The notes under the pieces were generated by a model that saw nothing but the letters and a program-made list of their open reading frames with translations, had not been told where the DNA came from and searched no databases. DNA of 64,000 bases, taken from contig JANNSD010000037.1 of assembly GCA_031402225.1 (NCBI GenBank), positions 15,283 through 79,282 of the forward strand, written 5' to 3'. How positions within the stretch are numbered: the stretch's first letter is position 1; each line of letters begins with the position of its first letter. Shown here piece after piece: positions 46,757 through 59,100 of the stretch. Source of the DNA: Gemmatimonadota bacterium (GTDB lineage: Bacteria > Gemmatimonadota > Gemmatimonadetes > Gemmatimonadales > GWC2-71-9). The position numbers and the translations under genes are program-made.

Positions 46757-47878
46757 ATGCGTGATTCTCAAAGACTTCGCTGGGCACTGGCGGGGATGCT
46801 GTTCATCGGGAGCCCGACGTTGCTTGCAGCCCAGAACACCACGGGCGACAACACGTCGTACGGCACCACGTCGGCGGAATTCCTGCTCCTTGGCGCTTCG
46901 GCGCGCGGCGCGGCACTCGGTACCTCGTTTTCCGCGATCGTAAACGACGTCAGCGCACTGTACTACAATCCAGCTGGTATCGCCTTACAGCGAACCAGCG
47001 GGTTCTCCGCCAGCGCGTACGATTACGTCGCGAGCACCAACTACGCCTGGGCCGGCCTCTCATTCCCGTTCAGCGGGCGGACCAGGGCCTTCGGCCTCCA
47101 GTTCGGCACCTTCGGTTTCGGTGACCAGCCGGTCTACACCGTCGAACAACCCGACGGCACAGGCTCGGTGTACTCGGTCAGCCAAACTTTCGGCGGCCTC
47201 ACCTACGCCCAGAACTTCTCCGACCGATTCAGCGCGGGCATCACGGCGAAGTTCATTTTCGACAATCTGGGTGGAGCCTCTGGCAGTGCGTTCGCGGTCG
47301 ATTTCGGCACGAACTTCCACTCCCGCCTTGGCGGGCGCCCGATTCAGTTCTCCTTCACCCTGACCAACTTGGGCACGTCGATCGATTACGGCGGCGACGC
47401 GCTGATCGTCCTGGTGCCGCGTGACTCGGTGCCCGGGGTGCCCACGGTGCCCACGAACCCGCAGCAGGGTGAGCTCAGCACCAAGGCGTCCAACCTCCCG
47501 ACCGTTTTCAAGGTGGCCCTGGGGTACGACCTGATTTCCAAGACCGATACACGCTGGACGCTGATTGCGGACTTCAACCAGCAGATCAGCAACAAGGCGG
47601 CGTTCGGTGTGGGCACGGAGGCGGCGTTCAAGCACCTCGGCGGGTCGGGCTTCGGCGCGGCGCTCCGGGCGAGCTACAGCTACCAGCCGGCCAACAACCT
47701 CACCCCGACGCAGCTCCCGAGCTCGGTGGCGGATGAGGAGAACCTGCAGGGGTTGGCGTTTGGCGGCGGTCTGTTCTTCGAGACGGCAGCCAAGTTCAGT
47801 CTTGGGCTCGACTATGCCTACCGGTACCTGGGCGTGCTCGGACCAACCAACTTCTTCACGTTCAGCGTCGGCTTCTGA
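46757..47878 (+). CDS. PorV/PorQ-like outer-membrane beta-barrel protein
   Basis: Track ORF 46703..47878. I moved the start to ATG 46757 (AGGAG at 46741-46745). The signal peptide ends LLAA/QNT. GTTSAEFLLLGASARGAALGTSFSAIVNDVSALYYNPAGIA is the conserved PorV-family opening. The protein has alternating beta-strand character and a terminal FTFSVGF. Confidence 0.7.
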   Translation: MRDSQRLRWALAGMLFIGSPTLLAAQNTTGDNTSYGTTSAEFLLLGASARGAALGTSFSAIVNDVSALYYNPAGIALQRTSGFSASAYDYVASTNYAWAGLSFPFSGRTRAFGLQFGTFGFGDQPVYTVEQPDGTGSVYSVSQTFGGLTYAQNFSDRFSAGITAKFIFDNLGGASGSAFAVDFGTNFHSRLGGRPIQFSFTLTNLGTSIDYGGDALIVLVPRDSVPGVPTVPTNPQQGELSTKASNLPTVFKVALGYDLISKTDTRWTLIADFNQQISNKAAFGVGTEAAFKHLGGSGFGAALRASYSYQPANNLTPTQLPSSVADEENLQGLAFGGGLFFETAAKFSLGLDYAYRYLGVLGPTNFFTFSVGF

Positions 47879-47896
47879 ACCGGGTTGGCTTACCGG

Positions 47897-47932
47897 CAGG
47901 CGGGCCCCTCACGGGGCCCGCCTGTGTCGTTT
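47897..47932 (+). terminator. Rho-independent terminator after the PorV-like gene
   Basis: Perfect 12-bp GC-rich stem CAGGCGGGCCCC - tcac - GGGGCCCGCCTG, followed by TGTCGTTT. Confidence 0.7.
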
Positions 47933-48030
47933 GGGGTCCGCCTGTCGTCTCCGGTGGCAGGTTGGCAGGGCGTGCCGGAGTCGGTCCGCGCCGCCCGCTC
48001 CCGAGTCACTGTCCCAACGGAGCAATCAAC

Positions 48031-49452
48031 GTGAAATTCCGGAGCTGGCTCGCTCTGGCCCTGCTGACGGTGTGCCTTCAGGTCTCAGCGGCACTGGCCC
48101 AGGCTACCGACGGCCTCTCCCTCCGCGCCGTGCGATCCTTCCGCCCCGAGAACGGCGGCCAGACGCGCGTTCGCGTCCTGATACAAATACCGCTGTCGGT
48201 GCTGGAACCGGGGCGCGCCGGCGTGTCGTACCAGATGGGGGTGAAGGTCACCGACCAGGCGGGCATCACTTTGCATACTGATGCCTGGCGCACGCATATA
48301 CCGCTGCTGACCGGCGTCCCGGGAGAGTACGGCCTCGAGATGATCGACTTCGCCGTTGCGCCGGGCAAGTACACCGTGTCAGTCGAGGTCACCGATTCCC
48401 TGTCGGGGCGGCAGCTTGCAAACGGGATTGCGGTGGAGGGATACGCCAGCCGGCCCGATGCGTCCGACCTGACCCTTGCCCGCAGCATGCGGCTTGCCGG
48501 GGCCAGCGACTCCGTGCCCGGTCCCGGCGAGATCAGGAAGGGCAACACCCTCCTCAGTCCTGCCGCTCTGCTGCGCCTCACGCCGCTGGAGCCCGAGGCG
48601 TACTACGTGCTCGAGGCGTACAATGACGGCGCGGAAGAGTCTGGCACGATGGCAGTCGAGGTGCTCGATGCGGCAGGCAAGGCGGTGTTCCAGACCCCCA
48701 ACACCCCGGTGAAGGTTGCTGCCTCAGGAGGCATGCTGAAGGGACGCCTCAACCTGGAGGGCTTGCCCCAGGGCCAGTACCAGTTGAAGGTGCTGCTCCA
48801 GTTCGGCACCCGGGCGGTGGATCGCTCGGCACCGATGACCATGGCAGGCCTCGATACCACCCTGCAGCGGGAAGTGGCTCGCATTGGCGTCGAGCGGGTC
48901 AGCGACGAGGGGTACTTCAAGTACATGTCGAGCGAAGGCCTCGACTCCGCCTTTGCGCCGCTGTACTACCTCGCGACGCCCTCCGAGCTCAAGGTGTGGA
49001 ACAAGTCGCTCAGCGATGACGGGAAGAAGCGCTACCTGACGGAGTTCTGGCAGGCCCGCGACCCCAGCAAGGGCACGGCCACGAACGAGGCCCGCGACCA
49101 GTTCTATGCCGCGATCGCGTTCGCCAACAGGGAGTTCAAGGAACGCAGTGTACCCGGCTGGAAAACCGACCGGGGCAGGATCTTCGCCAAGTACGGTGTG
49201 GCGCCCTCGGTGCTGCGGCGGGCGCAAATACAACGGGCGCCGCCGTACGAGGTATGGAACTACCCGGAGAAGGGTTTCTGGTACATCTTCGCCGACCGGA
49301 CCGGCGTCGGGCAATGGCGCCTGCTGATTTCGGGCGACCTGAAGGAGCCGAGGCAGGCTGACTGGCGCGACATCCTGACGGAAGATGGTGTGCGCGATGC
49401 GGGGCGCTTCCTGAACGTGGACTTCTATGGCGGGCAGTGGAAGTCCTACTGA
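48031..49452 (+). CDS. GWxTD domain-containing secreted protein
   Basis: Track ORF 47962..49452. I moved the start to GTG 48031 (signal VKFRSWLALALLTVCLQVSAALA/QAT). The C-terminal part contains ...YLTEFWQARDP...FYAAIAFANREF...VPGWKTDRGRIFAKYG...YEVWNY, the motif that names the GWxTD family. Confidence 0.75.
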   Translation: MKFRSWLALALLTVCLQVSAALAQATDGLSLRAVRSFRPENGGQTRVRVLIQIPLSVLEPGRAGVSYQMGVKVTDQAGITLHTDAWRTHIPLLTGVPGEYGLEMIDFAVAPGKYTVSVEVTDSLSGRQLANGIAVEGYASRPDASDLTLARSMRLAGASDSVPGPGEIRKGNTLLSPAALLRLTPLEPEAYYVLEAYNDGAEESGTMAVEVLDAAGKAVFQTPNTPVKVAASGGMLKGRLNLEGLPQGQYQLKVLLQFGTRAVDRSAPMTMAGLDTTLQREVARIGVERVSDEGYFKYMSSEGLDSAFAPLYYLATPSELKVWNKSLSDDGKKRYLTEFWQARDPSKGTATNEARDQFYAAIAFANREFKERSVPGWKTDRGRIFAKYGVAPSVLRRAQIQRAPPYEVWNYPEKGFWYIFADRTGVGQWRLLISGDLKEPRQADWRDILTEDGVRDAGRFLNVDFYGGQWKSY

Positions 49453-49464
49453 GCCGGCGTCACC

Positions 49465-50391
<927 letters not shown>

Positions 50392-50436
50392 GACGGAAAG
50401 AACGGTCTCGGCCCGACCCCTGTCAACTGGCGACCA

Positions 50437-51504
50437 TCAGGTCCTGGCGCGCACCAGTAGCACCACGGCGGCGAGGCCGAACACCGCGTTGGGAAGCCAC
50501 GCGGCCGCCTCCGGCTTGACCAGCCCGCCGGCGCCAAGCGCCTGGGACAGCTGCACCAGCAGCAGGAAGACGATGGTGGTGACCAGGCTGATCCCAATGC
50601 CGATGGCGGTGCCGGCGCGGTAGGAGGTCATGGCCAGCGGCGCCCCGAAGAATGCGATGATGATGCACGTGGCCGGCACCGCCAGCTTGAGCGCGCGCAT
50701 GACCCGCACCTTGCCGGCGTCGGACCCCGAGTTTTCCACCGCCTCGATGTACCTCCCCAATTCCGCGTAGCGCATCTCTTCCGGCCGGCGCGGTTCCGCC
50801 AGCAGGTCCGACGGCAGTTCCTTCATGCTGGTGAGCCGCATGGACCGGAAGCGGAAGCTGGCCTGCTCGGCGCCATCCACGATGGCCCGGGTCGATCCTC
50901 CCCACAGGCGCCAGCCGGTACTGTCCCAGGTGGCGCTGTCCGCCGTGATCGCGAGCGACGGAAGGATGGCACTCTGCCGGGTCAGCACGACATCCGTGAG
51001 TCGATTGTTTGGTGCGTCGAGCGTGCGGACGGTATAGACCCACCCGCGCTCGGCGCGGTACACGAAGTTGTAGCGCTGCCCCCGCGAACCGGCGCGCTCG
51101 CCGTGGATCTGGACCTTGCGCTCGGTCATGGCCGGGGCGAGTTCCTCGAGCGCCAGGCACAGGCCGGCGGCGAATACGGCGCCGACATAGATCGGCAGCA
51201 CGAATCGATGGAAGCTGATGCCACCGGCCTTGGCGGCGGTCAGTTCCGAGTGGCGTCCGAGGGTGCCCACGGTGAAGACGGTGGCAACGAGCACTGCCGC
51301 GGGGATGATCTCGAACATCTTCTCGGGGAGCAGGTAGGCGTAGCCCAGCGCAATGCCCTGGAAGGGAATCCCCCGGTCGAGGAGCTTCTTCAGGTTGTCG
51401 GTGAGGTCGATGAGGGTCGCGACAATGGGGAACCCCAGGATGGTGAGGAGGAAGAGCCGGAGCCAGCTCTGCAAGACATACCGGTCGAGCAGGGCCCACC
51501 GCAT
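50437..51504 (-). CDS. lptG: LPS export permease LptG-like (YjgP/YjgQ family)
   Basis: 355 aa. LDRYVLQSWLRLFLLTILGFPIV is the family N-terminus, followed by SELTAAKAGGIS. Its start overlaps the upstream stop by 1 nt (TGATG at 51502-51506). Confidence 0.75.
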   Translation of the reverse strand: MRWALLDRYVLQSWLRLFLLTILGFPIVATLIDLTDNLKKLLDRGIPFQGIALGYAYLLPEKMFEIIPAAVLVATVFTVGTLGRHSELTAAKAGGISFHRFVLPIYVGAVFAAGLCLALEELAPAMTERKVQIHGERAGSRGQRYNFVYRAERGWVYTVRTLDAPNNRLTDVVLTRQSAILPSLAITADSATWDSTGWRLWGGSTRAIVDGAEQASFRFRSMRLTSMKELPSDLLAEPRRPEEMRYAELGRYIEAVENSGSDAGKVRVMRALKLAVPATCIIIAFFGAPLAMTSYRAGTAIGIGISLVTTIVFLLLVQLSQALGAGGLVKPEAAAWLPNAVFGLAAVVLLVRART

Positions 51505-53048
51505 CAGCGGACCACCGGGCCGGCCGGCGCGGTGTTGCGACGCCGGAAGGGACGCAGCAGGTCGGCGAGTTCACCCCCGCGGGAGGTGCCGCCGCCCCGG
51601 TGGACCAGGAGGAGCCCGATGAGGGCGAGCGCGCCGAGGATGATATTGGGCGACCACATCGCCAGGGCCGGCGAGGCGTAGCCCCGGTCCGCCAGGGTCT
51701 CGCCCGCGGTCAGGCCGACGTAGAACACGGAGTACACGAACATTCCGCCCCCCAGCACCAGCCCCATGCCCCCCCGGGGGAACCGGAGGGCCATCGCCAC
51801 GGCGATCAGCACGAACGGGATGGAGGCGAAGCTGAGCGACCACTTCTTGTGGATCTCGACCCGGTACCGGTTGGCACGGCGGGTAGCGTTCGTCTCCCGG
51901 TCGGCGATCGACGCGACCGTGCCATTGTCGCTGAGCCGTGGGGCGCCGGTCGGCGGGGGGGCGGGAGCGGGGGCCGGGGCGGGGCCAGGACCCGGCGGAG
52001 CGACGTCGGGCGCGGCGGCAACCGGAGGTTCCTGTGTTGTTCCAACCTGCTCCGCCGTCCCCCTCCTCACGGCTCCGGAAACTGCCGCAAACAGTCCGCA
52101 GTACGCGCCCCGATAGCTGGCTTGTGGAGATGGGGTGGCGGAAGGCGGGGCGGGTTCAGGGGGTCGCCCCAGCAGGATCTGGAGATCGGAGCGGGTAAGT
52201 TCCGCCCGTTGAGACCTCGCATCGCGGATGTCCCTGCGCGCGCTGTCCACCACGCCCATGAGCTCACAAGTCGTCATTTCCCGGTCGCTGCGGTCCAACT
52301 GATCCTCGCTTCGCTCCAGTTGGTCGAAGACGTCCTTGAAGACAATTTCCTGCGTGGTGAAGGCGGTATGCTCGAACGCCGGCCGGTCGGCCGTGGAGAC
52401 CTGCTGGACGGACCCGTGGTAGAGCCGCAGCACGAGGTCGCGGCCGTCCGGGGTGTAGCCCATGAGGCCGCTGTCAGCATAGATGATGCGGCGCCGGTTG
52501 GCCTGGCCTACATCGTAGATGGAGACGCTCCGCAGCCGCCCGGAGCCGGGGTCGATCCGGCTCGCGCGGAGAAAGTACTGCGATGGTGGCACCCGGTTGA
52601 TGACGTTCTCGACCAGGGAGAAGGTGGGCTTTTTCTTGGCAATATCGAAGTAGAGATTACGCAGCCGGGCATTGCTCTGCGGCAGGACTTGATCCACGAA
52701 GCCGAACGTTATCAGGCCCATCACGACCGCCCAGGCCAGCACGGGGCGCAACATGCCGATCGTGCTTACTCCCCCGGCACGCATCGCGGTGATTTCGCTG
52801 TCACTCGCCAGCTGGCTGAACGCGTACAGCGTCGCCGCCAGAACGGCGAGTGGCAGGGTCATGGCCATCAGGAACGGCACGCTCAAGAGGAACACCTCGC
52901 CGATGACCGACCAGGGCAACCCCTTGCCGACCAGGCCGGCGAACTTGCGCCCGACGAGGTTGAGAAGCATGACGCCGGTGAGCGCAAGCAAGCCGAAGAG
53001 GAAGGGCAGCGCCAACTGGCGAAGGAGGTACCTGGAGAGGACGCGCAC
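51504..53048 (-). CDS. lptF: LPS export permease LptF-like (YjgP/YjgQ family) with a ~95-aa Pro/Ala-rich insertion
   Basis: 514 aa. The N-terminus is MRVLSRYLLRQLALPFLFGLLALTGVMLL, followed by SEITAMRAGGVS. It is about 130-150 aa longer than usual because of a low-complexity segment (…PPEPAPPSATPSPQ…PPGPGPAPAPAPAPPPTGAP…) before the last three TM helices. Confidence 0.75.
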   Translation of the reverse strand: MRVLSRYLLRQLALPFLFGLLALTGVMLLNLVGRKFAGLVGKGLPWSVIGEVFLLSVPFLMAMTLPLAVLAATLYAFSQLASDSEITAMRAGGVSTIGMLRPVLAWAVVMGLITFGFVDQVLPQSNARLRNLYFDIAKKKPTFSLVENVINRVPPSQYFLRASRIDPGSGRLRSVSIYDVGQANRRRIIYADSGLMGYTPDGRDLVLRLYHGSVQQVSTADRPAFEHTAFTTQEIVFKDVFDQLERSEDQLDRSDREMTTCELMGVVDSARRDIRDARSQRAELTRSDLQILLGRPPEPAPPSATPSPQASYRGAYCGLFAAVSGAVRRGTAEQVGTTQEPPVAAAPDVAPPGPGPAPAPAPAPPPTGAPRLSDNGTVASIADRETNATRRANRYRVEIHKKWSLSFASIPFVLIAVAMALRFPRGGMGLVLGGGMFVYSVFYVGLTAGETLADRGYASPALAMWSPNIILGALALIGLLLVHRGGGTSRGGELADLLRPFRRRNTAPAGPVVR

Positions 53049-53150
53049 GGGGGTGTCTGGCAGGGCTCCGGCGTTGGTTGATGAGCCTGCGACCTGGAGT
53101 TATCTTGTGGAATCCAAGCCACTTATGACGATCGCGGCGGCTTCCAGAGC

Positions 53151-56100
53151 GTGAAGCGCCTTCTTCTGGCCCTGGGCGTGGTGGCCTGCAGTCCGGTGGT
53201 GGCAGGTGCGCAAGCCGATTCTCTTGCCCCGCCGCCCGATACCACCTCCGTGTCCGGGGTGGGGGTGAAGGCCGGGCTGGGGGCGCCACCCCTCACGCTG
53301 CGCGTGCCACCCCAGTATCGGCAGTCCTGGGCACTCGGGCCGCGGCCCCGTCCGGGCGCCACCGCCGCTGCGTGGCAAGCCACCCTCAACGCCGCTGTTG
53401 ATTCCACCCTGAGCGCCCAAGCCAGCAGCCAGGTGCTCATCAGCCTGTACGGGGGGAGCCAGGAGTCGGCCGACTCCGCCGAGGCGGCGTTGCAGAGGCG
53501 CGGGCTGTTCGGGATCAACCGCAGTATCGTGGACCTGACGCTCGACGGAACTATCCGGCTCGAGTTGCGCGCCGATCGTCTGAAAAACCTTCGCTGCACC
53601 CCGGCATCGCTCAGCGATCCTTCCAGCGGATGCCGGGGCGACATCAACGGTCCGCGGCTCGACAACCAGATGACCATCCGCTCGGGCGGCGTGATTGGTC
53701 GGCGGCTCCGCGTCAATGTCGACTGGGATACGCAGCGCGACTTCACCAATAGTAACATTATCCAGGTGTTCTACGAGGGGCTCGAGGACGAGCCGATCCG
53801 GCGTGTCGAGGTTGGCAGCGTCGTGTTCCGGCCGCCGTCGTCGCGCTATCTCGCCGCGTCCATTCCCACGAACAACTTCGGTGCCAGTGCCCTTGTCGAG
53901 CTGGGGCAGCTCCAGATGCAGGTGTTGGCGGCGACCCAGAAGGGCAGCGCCATCGGGCAGCGGGTGTTCACGATCGGCCAGGCGGTCGCGACACCACAGG
54001 ATCGCAGCGTGCGCGACCTGGACTTCGAGTTCGGCCGCTTCTACTGGACCGTCGATCCGCGCACGCTGCCGAACTTTCCCGCCATCGACGCGCTCAGCCT
54101 CGATACCCTGAGCGTATCGCCCGGCGTGCGGCCGGCGGAGCTCAGGGTGTACCGCTACCGGGTGCCGCGGCTCACGGGGGGAGTGGACCCGAACCTCGGC
54201 GGCATACCCGCCTGCGCCTTCCAAGGGGGGACAACCGGCAGGACCTTCGGCCCGGTACCGTGGCAGCTGCTCGTGCTGGGCGCCGACTACTACACCGATC
54301 CCTCGGGCCTCTGGATCGCCATGTCCCAGCGGGTAGACCTGCAGGCCGACTACCTCGCCGTGAGCTACGTGACCGAGGCTGGCACGACGGTCGGCAGCTT
54401 TCCCGGTGCTCCCAAGCCGGGCGCGGGCACCACCTGCGCCTCGGTCGACACGCTACGCATGATTGTCGAGCCGCTGGTGGGCAGCGACCAGCCATCGTTC
54501 CATCACGAGATGCGGCAGTTCTACCGGGTGGCGGGCCAGGACCTCGATCCGGCGTCGCTCCAGGTGGATCTCGCGGTGAATCGCTCGGAGCGACCGCTGC
54601 CGCCCTCGAGCTTCTCCACGTACCTGAGCGCGCTCGGCCTGTCCATACCCACGGACGAGAATACCTTCGACTGGGCGAACCGGCTCTTCCCGCGTGCGCG
54701 CGACCCAGGGGCCGACCTGCTCGTTCGAGAGGCGTTCCTCGCGTTCCCCAACATCAAGCCGTTCGGCAATCCCGCCGTGCTGGGGCCGACGGAACGGAAC
54801 GACTCCCTGTACCAGACGCCGGTCTACCTGCTGTTCTCGCAGGGACCGCCGAGCAAGTTCCTGTTCCGGCTGCGATACAGTTCCAGCGGTGCCGGTGACC
54901 GCAGCGCCCTCAACCTGAACGCGCTGCAGGTCCTCGAGGGTTCCGAGAAGCTGTTCCTGAGTGGTCGGCAGCTGACCCGCGGGACTGACTACACGATCGC
55001 CTACGAAACGGGGTTGGTCACCTTCCTCAATCCCGAGGCGCTCTTCGGCAGCGGGGTGGGCCAGATCACGGCGCAGTTCGAGGAGCGCGGGGTGTTCGCG
55101 GTGGCACCGACGTCGATTTTCGGTCTCACCACGCGCTACGACCTGGGCCGGACCGGCAGCGTCAATTTCGTCGGTATCTACCAGCGCGAAAATTCGGCGT
55201 TTGCACGCCCGGCGCTCGGTTTCGAGGCCAGCGCCAATCTGATCGCCGGCGCCAACACCGACCTGCATTTCAGACCCACGGCGTTGAGCCGGCTGGTCAG
55301 CTCCATTACCAACCGCAACGGATCGTCCGAGGCATTCCTCGACATCAATGGCGAGTTCGCCTTCACCCGGCCCGACCCCAACCGGACCGGGCAGGCGTAC
55401 ATCCAGGAGTTCGAGGGGGTCTCGGGCAGCGCGGTGAGCCTGGGGGCGGCGGTGTGGCAGTACGGCAGCGTGCCCCAATCCACCGTCGGCCTCGATCCAT
55501 CACTGGGCTTCGGGGCCACCTTCGACACCGCGGACGCAGTGCAGATGATCTGGCAGAACCTGATTCCGGGGCCGGATGGCGGGGTGGTGCAGTTCTTTCC
55601 CGAGGACATCGACCCGAACATCGTGACCGTGGGGAACCAGCAGGTGCCGGAGACGGTGATGTACCTGACCCTGCATGCGGACACGGCGGGCGGCGTGGTG
55701 CAGCAGAACAACCGGTCGCTCTGGACCCAGCCGCCGAGGCCCAACACACCGCGTTGGCGCTCGATGCAGACGGCCATCAGCACGGTGGGCGTCGATTTCA
55801 CCGCCAATACCTACATCGAATTCTGGCTCTACACCGACGCGGCCAAGAGCGCCGAGACCGCCGGGGTGAACCTGGTGTTCGATCTGGGGCAGGTGAACGA
55901 GGACGCGGTGGGGGCGGCACCGGACACGCTCAAGGTTGAGGCCGGCGACTCCCTCTATGTGGGCCGGCAGTATGTGGGCGTCGGTGTGCTGAATTCGGAG
56001 CGACAGTCCACCGGCATCTTCAACGCGCAGGCCGATGACATCGGCATCCTGGGGGACATCCCGCCAATCGTGCTGCCCAACCTGGATACCGACCCCGCCT

Positions 56101-59100
56101 TCCCGCTATGCCAGACGGTGCTCGGCACCACGGTGCAGATCTTCCCGTGGGGCGACCTGAGCGCGCGCTGCACTCGCGGCAACGGGTTCCTGGATACCGA
56201 GGACCTGAACGGCGACAACGTCCTCAATGCCCAGGGCCCCAACGACAACGTCAACCGCTACGTCGTCAGCCTGACTGACACCCAGTACGTGGTGCGGAAG
56301 GGCGTTACCGACCCGGCCACGGGCGCGGGCTGGACCCTGTACCGCCTGCCGCTGCGCACGCCCACCGCGGTCATCGGCACGCCCAACATCCGGCTGGTCC
56401 AGGCACTGCGCGTCACCCTCGTGGCACCACCGGCGCTCGATGACCTCGTGGCGCGAGTGGCGCTCTCGCGCCTGACCTTCGTCGGTGCGCCCTGGCTGGC
56501 GCGGGCACCCGCCCCCATCGCGGGCATTGCCGGATCCACCGCGGAGGCAACGGGCAGCGTGGTCGTGTCGGTGGTGTCGACCCTCGACAAGAACCTCGGC
56601 TATGTGCCGCCACCGGGCGTGATTGTCGGCCTGCAGGACCGCCAGGGCAGTGCCCAGGACATCGGGGCCGAGATCGACGAGAAGTCGCTGCGCGTCGTCG
56701 CCCGGCAGCTGGCACAGGGTACGCGCGCGGAGGCCTACTTCAGGTTCCCGGCGGGTAACCAGCGATTCCTGTCCTATCGGCAGCTGCGGGTGTGGATGCG
56801 TGGTGGTCGCGACCTGCCCGACTGGGACGCCGGCGGGCTGCTGGGCTACATCAAGGTGGAGAGCGACGCCGACAACTTCTACATGTACCAGACGACGCTG
56901 CGCAGCAACGGTGCGGAAGAGGCCTGGAACCCGGAAGTGACGGTGGACCTGGAGGTGTGGGCCCTGCTCCGGGCCAGGATCGAGTCCGAGGTGGAACAGG
57001 GCCTTCCGCCGTCGGGTGCGGACGTGTGCGGCGGGGATCCCGCGGCCTATGTGGCGTGCCAGGACGGGTACATCGTGCACATCCTCAGCCCGAACGTGAA
57101 TCCCCCCAACCTGGCAGCGGCGCAGGGCCTGTCCACCGGGATGATACGCGTGGCGGCGGGAGTGTCTGACTCGACCGAGCTGTGGGTTGACGACGTACGG
57201 CTTTCCGAACCGATCACCACCATGGGCTCAGCCTGGGCGCTCGACGCGAGGCTGGCGGCGGGCGACGTGTTCGACCTCTCGTTCCTCATTTCCAGCGTCA
57301 ACGGGCAATTCCGCCAGCTCGGAGCCCAGCCCAGCTTCCGCACCACCGGCGGGCTGATCACGGCCGCGAATTTCCGCCTGGACCGGTTCCTCCCGACGTC
57401 GGTTGGCCTGCTCATTCCCGTCAACCTGTCCTATGCCGCGACGAACGTGAACCCGCAGCTGCTCACCGGCAGCGACATCATCGCCGAGGCCCTGCCGGGC
57501 CTCCGCAAGCCGAACAGCAACACCGGCAACCTGAACGTCCTGGTGCGTCGATCGGCGCGCGGATCCAGTTCCCTGATGCGCATACTCGCCGATCCGCTGG
57601 CGCTCACCGCCGGTTACCTGAGGGGGCGGGGCCAGACGGAGCTGTCGCGGTCGACCACGGACAACGTCAGCGCGGCGCTGTCGTACACTATTTCCGTGAC
57701 CCGGCGCGGGAAACCGATCCGCCTGACGGGCCTGGTCAACGGCCTCCCGACCTTCCTGCGGGAGAGCGACTTCGGCAACAGCCTCAAGACGGCGTCCTAC
57801 ACGCTCGTGCCGACGAGCCTGCGCCTGCGCAGCGGGCTCGCACGCGAGCAGACGAACTTCTTCTCGTATGTTTCTCCCGTCGAGCGCTCGGTCGACGCAC
57901 TGGCGGTACCCGCGCTGGCCCTCAACTACATCTGGCGGAATGCGGCGGGACTGACGTGGCAGCCCCTCGGCATGCTGCTCTTCAACGTGGACGTGGCCAG
58001 CTCGCGCGACCTGCGGCAGTACGGTGACTCGACCCCGCAGGCGCGACTGGCCACCGCCGAGCGCCAGGACCTCCTGGGTATCGATGTGGGCGTGGAGCGC
58101 GACCGGACGTCCGGCACCAGCCTGGTGATCGCGCCGAAAATCTCCTCCTGGTTCCGGCCGAGATTCGGGACGACCAGCAACTTCGTGCTCAGCCGGTACC
58201 TCAACAGCCGCCAGCTGGTGCGCACCGATGGCGACACGGCCGGTGCGTTCATCCTGCCGCAGACATTTTCCAACCTGCGCGCGTATGAGTGGGGATTTTC
58301 CATCGACTACGCCCGGGGGCTCCGGCAAGTGGTGGGGGATTCCTCCGGCGTGGGAAACCTGATCCGCCGCTTCCGGGCGCTGGATGTCACGCGGCGCACG
58401 ACCCGTACATCCACCTTTGACCTGGCGGTGTTCCAGCCGTCCCTCGGCTACATCCTGGCACTGGGCGGGCTGTCGAGCTTCCTGTCGCAGGACGGGCAAC
58501 CCGCCATCGGCGCCACCCAGACGGTGGCGACCCAGCTGGCCACGGGACTCGACTTCGGGTTCGGCCTCTCGATCACCGGGCTCTACAGCGAGATCGCGAC
58601 GGATCGTTACCAGACCATTGGCGGCGGGCAGCGCCTCGCGGTGGTGTTCCAGAGAGAATGGCCCTCCGGTCAGGTGCGGTTCACTCGCCCGTTTGCGCGC
58701 GGCCCCTTCGCGCTGATCTCGGTGGGGGCCACGATACGGCAGCGTAAGGGGTCCACCACTCAGCCGGTGAGCGCCACCGTCGTTTCGGTGGTGGCCAACC
58801 AGACCCGGAACATCTCGCCCGAACTCGGCATCACCTTTCGCAACGGCATTGGCCTGGCCAGCAACCTGAGCCTCCTGAAGCAGGAGTCCGCCACGAACGG
58901 GGCACTGACGCTGCTGGACCAGGCCGACCTCAACGGCAGCCTCACCTACGCCTTCCCGTTGCCGCGCGCGCTGAGCCGCGCCCGCAAGCTCGCGCGCTCA
59001 TCCCTCAGCGTCGTGGTGTCCAAGGCCAGCCAGTGCCTGGTCCGCGCCGCCAATCTGGACTGCCAGGTCATCAACGATACGCGGCGGCAGGAGTATCGCG

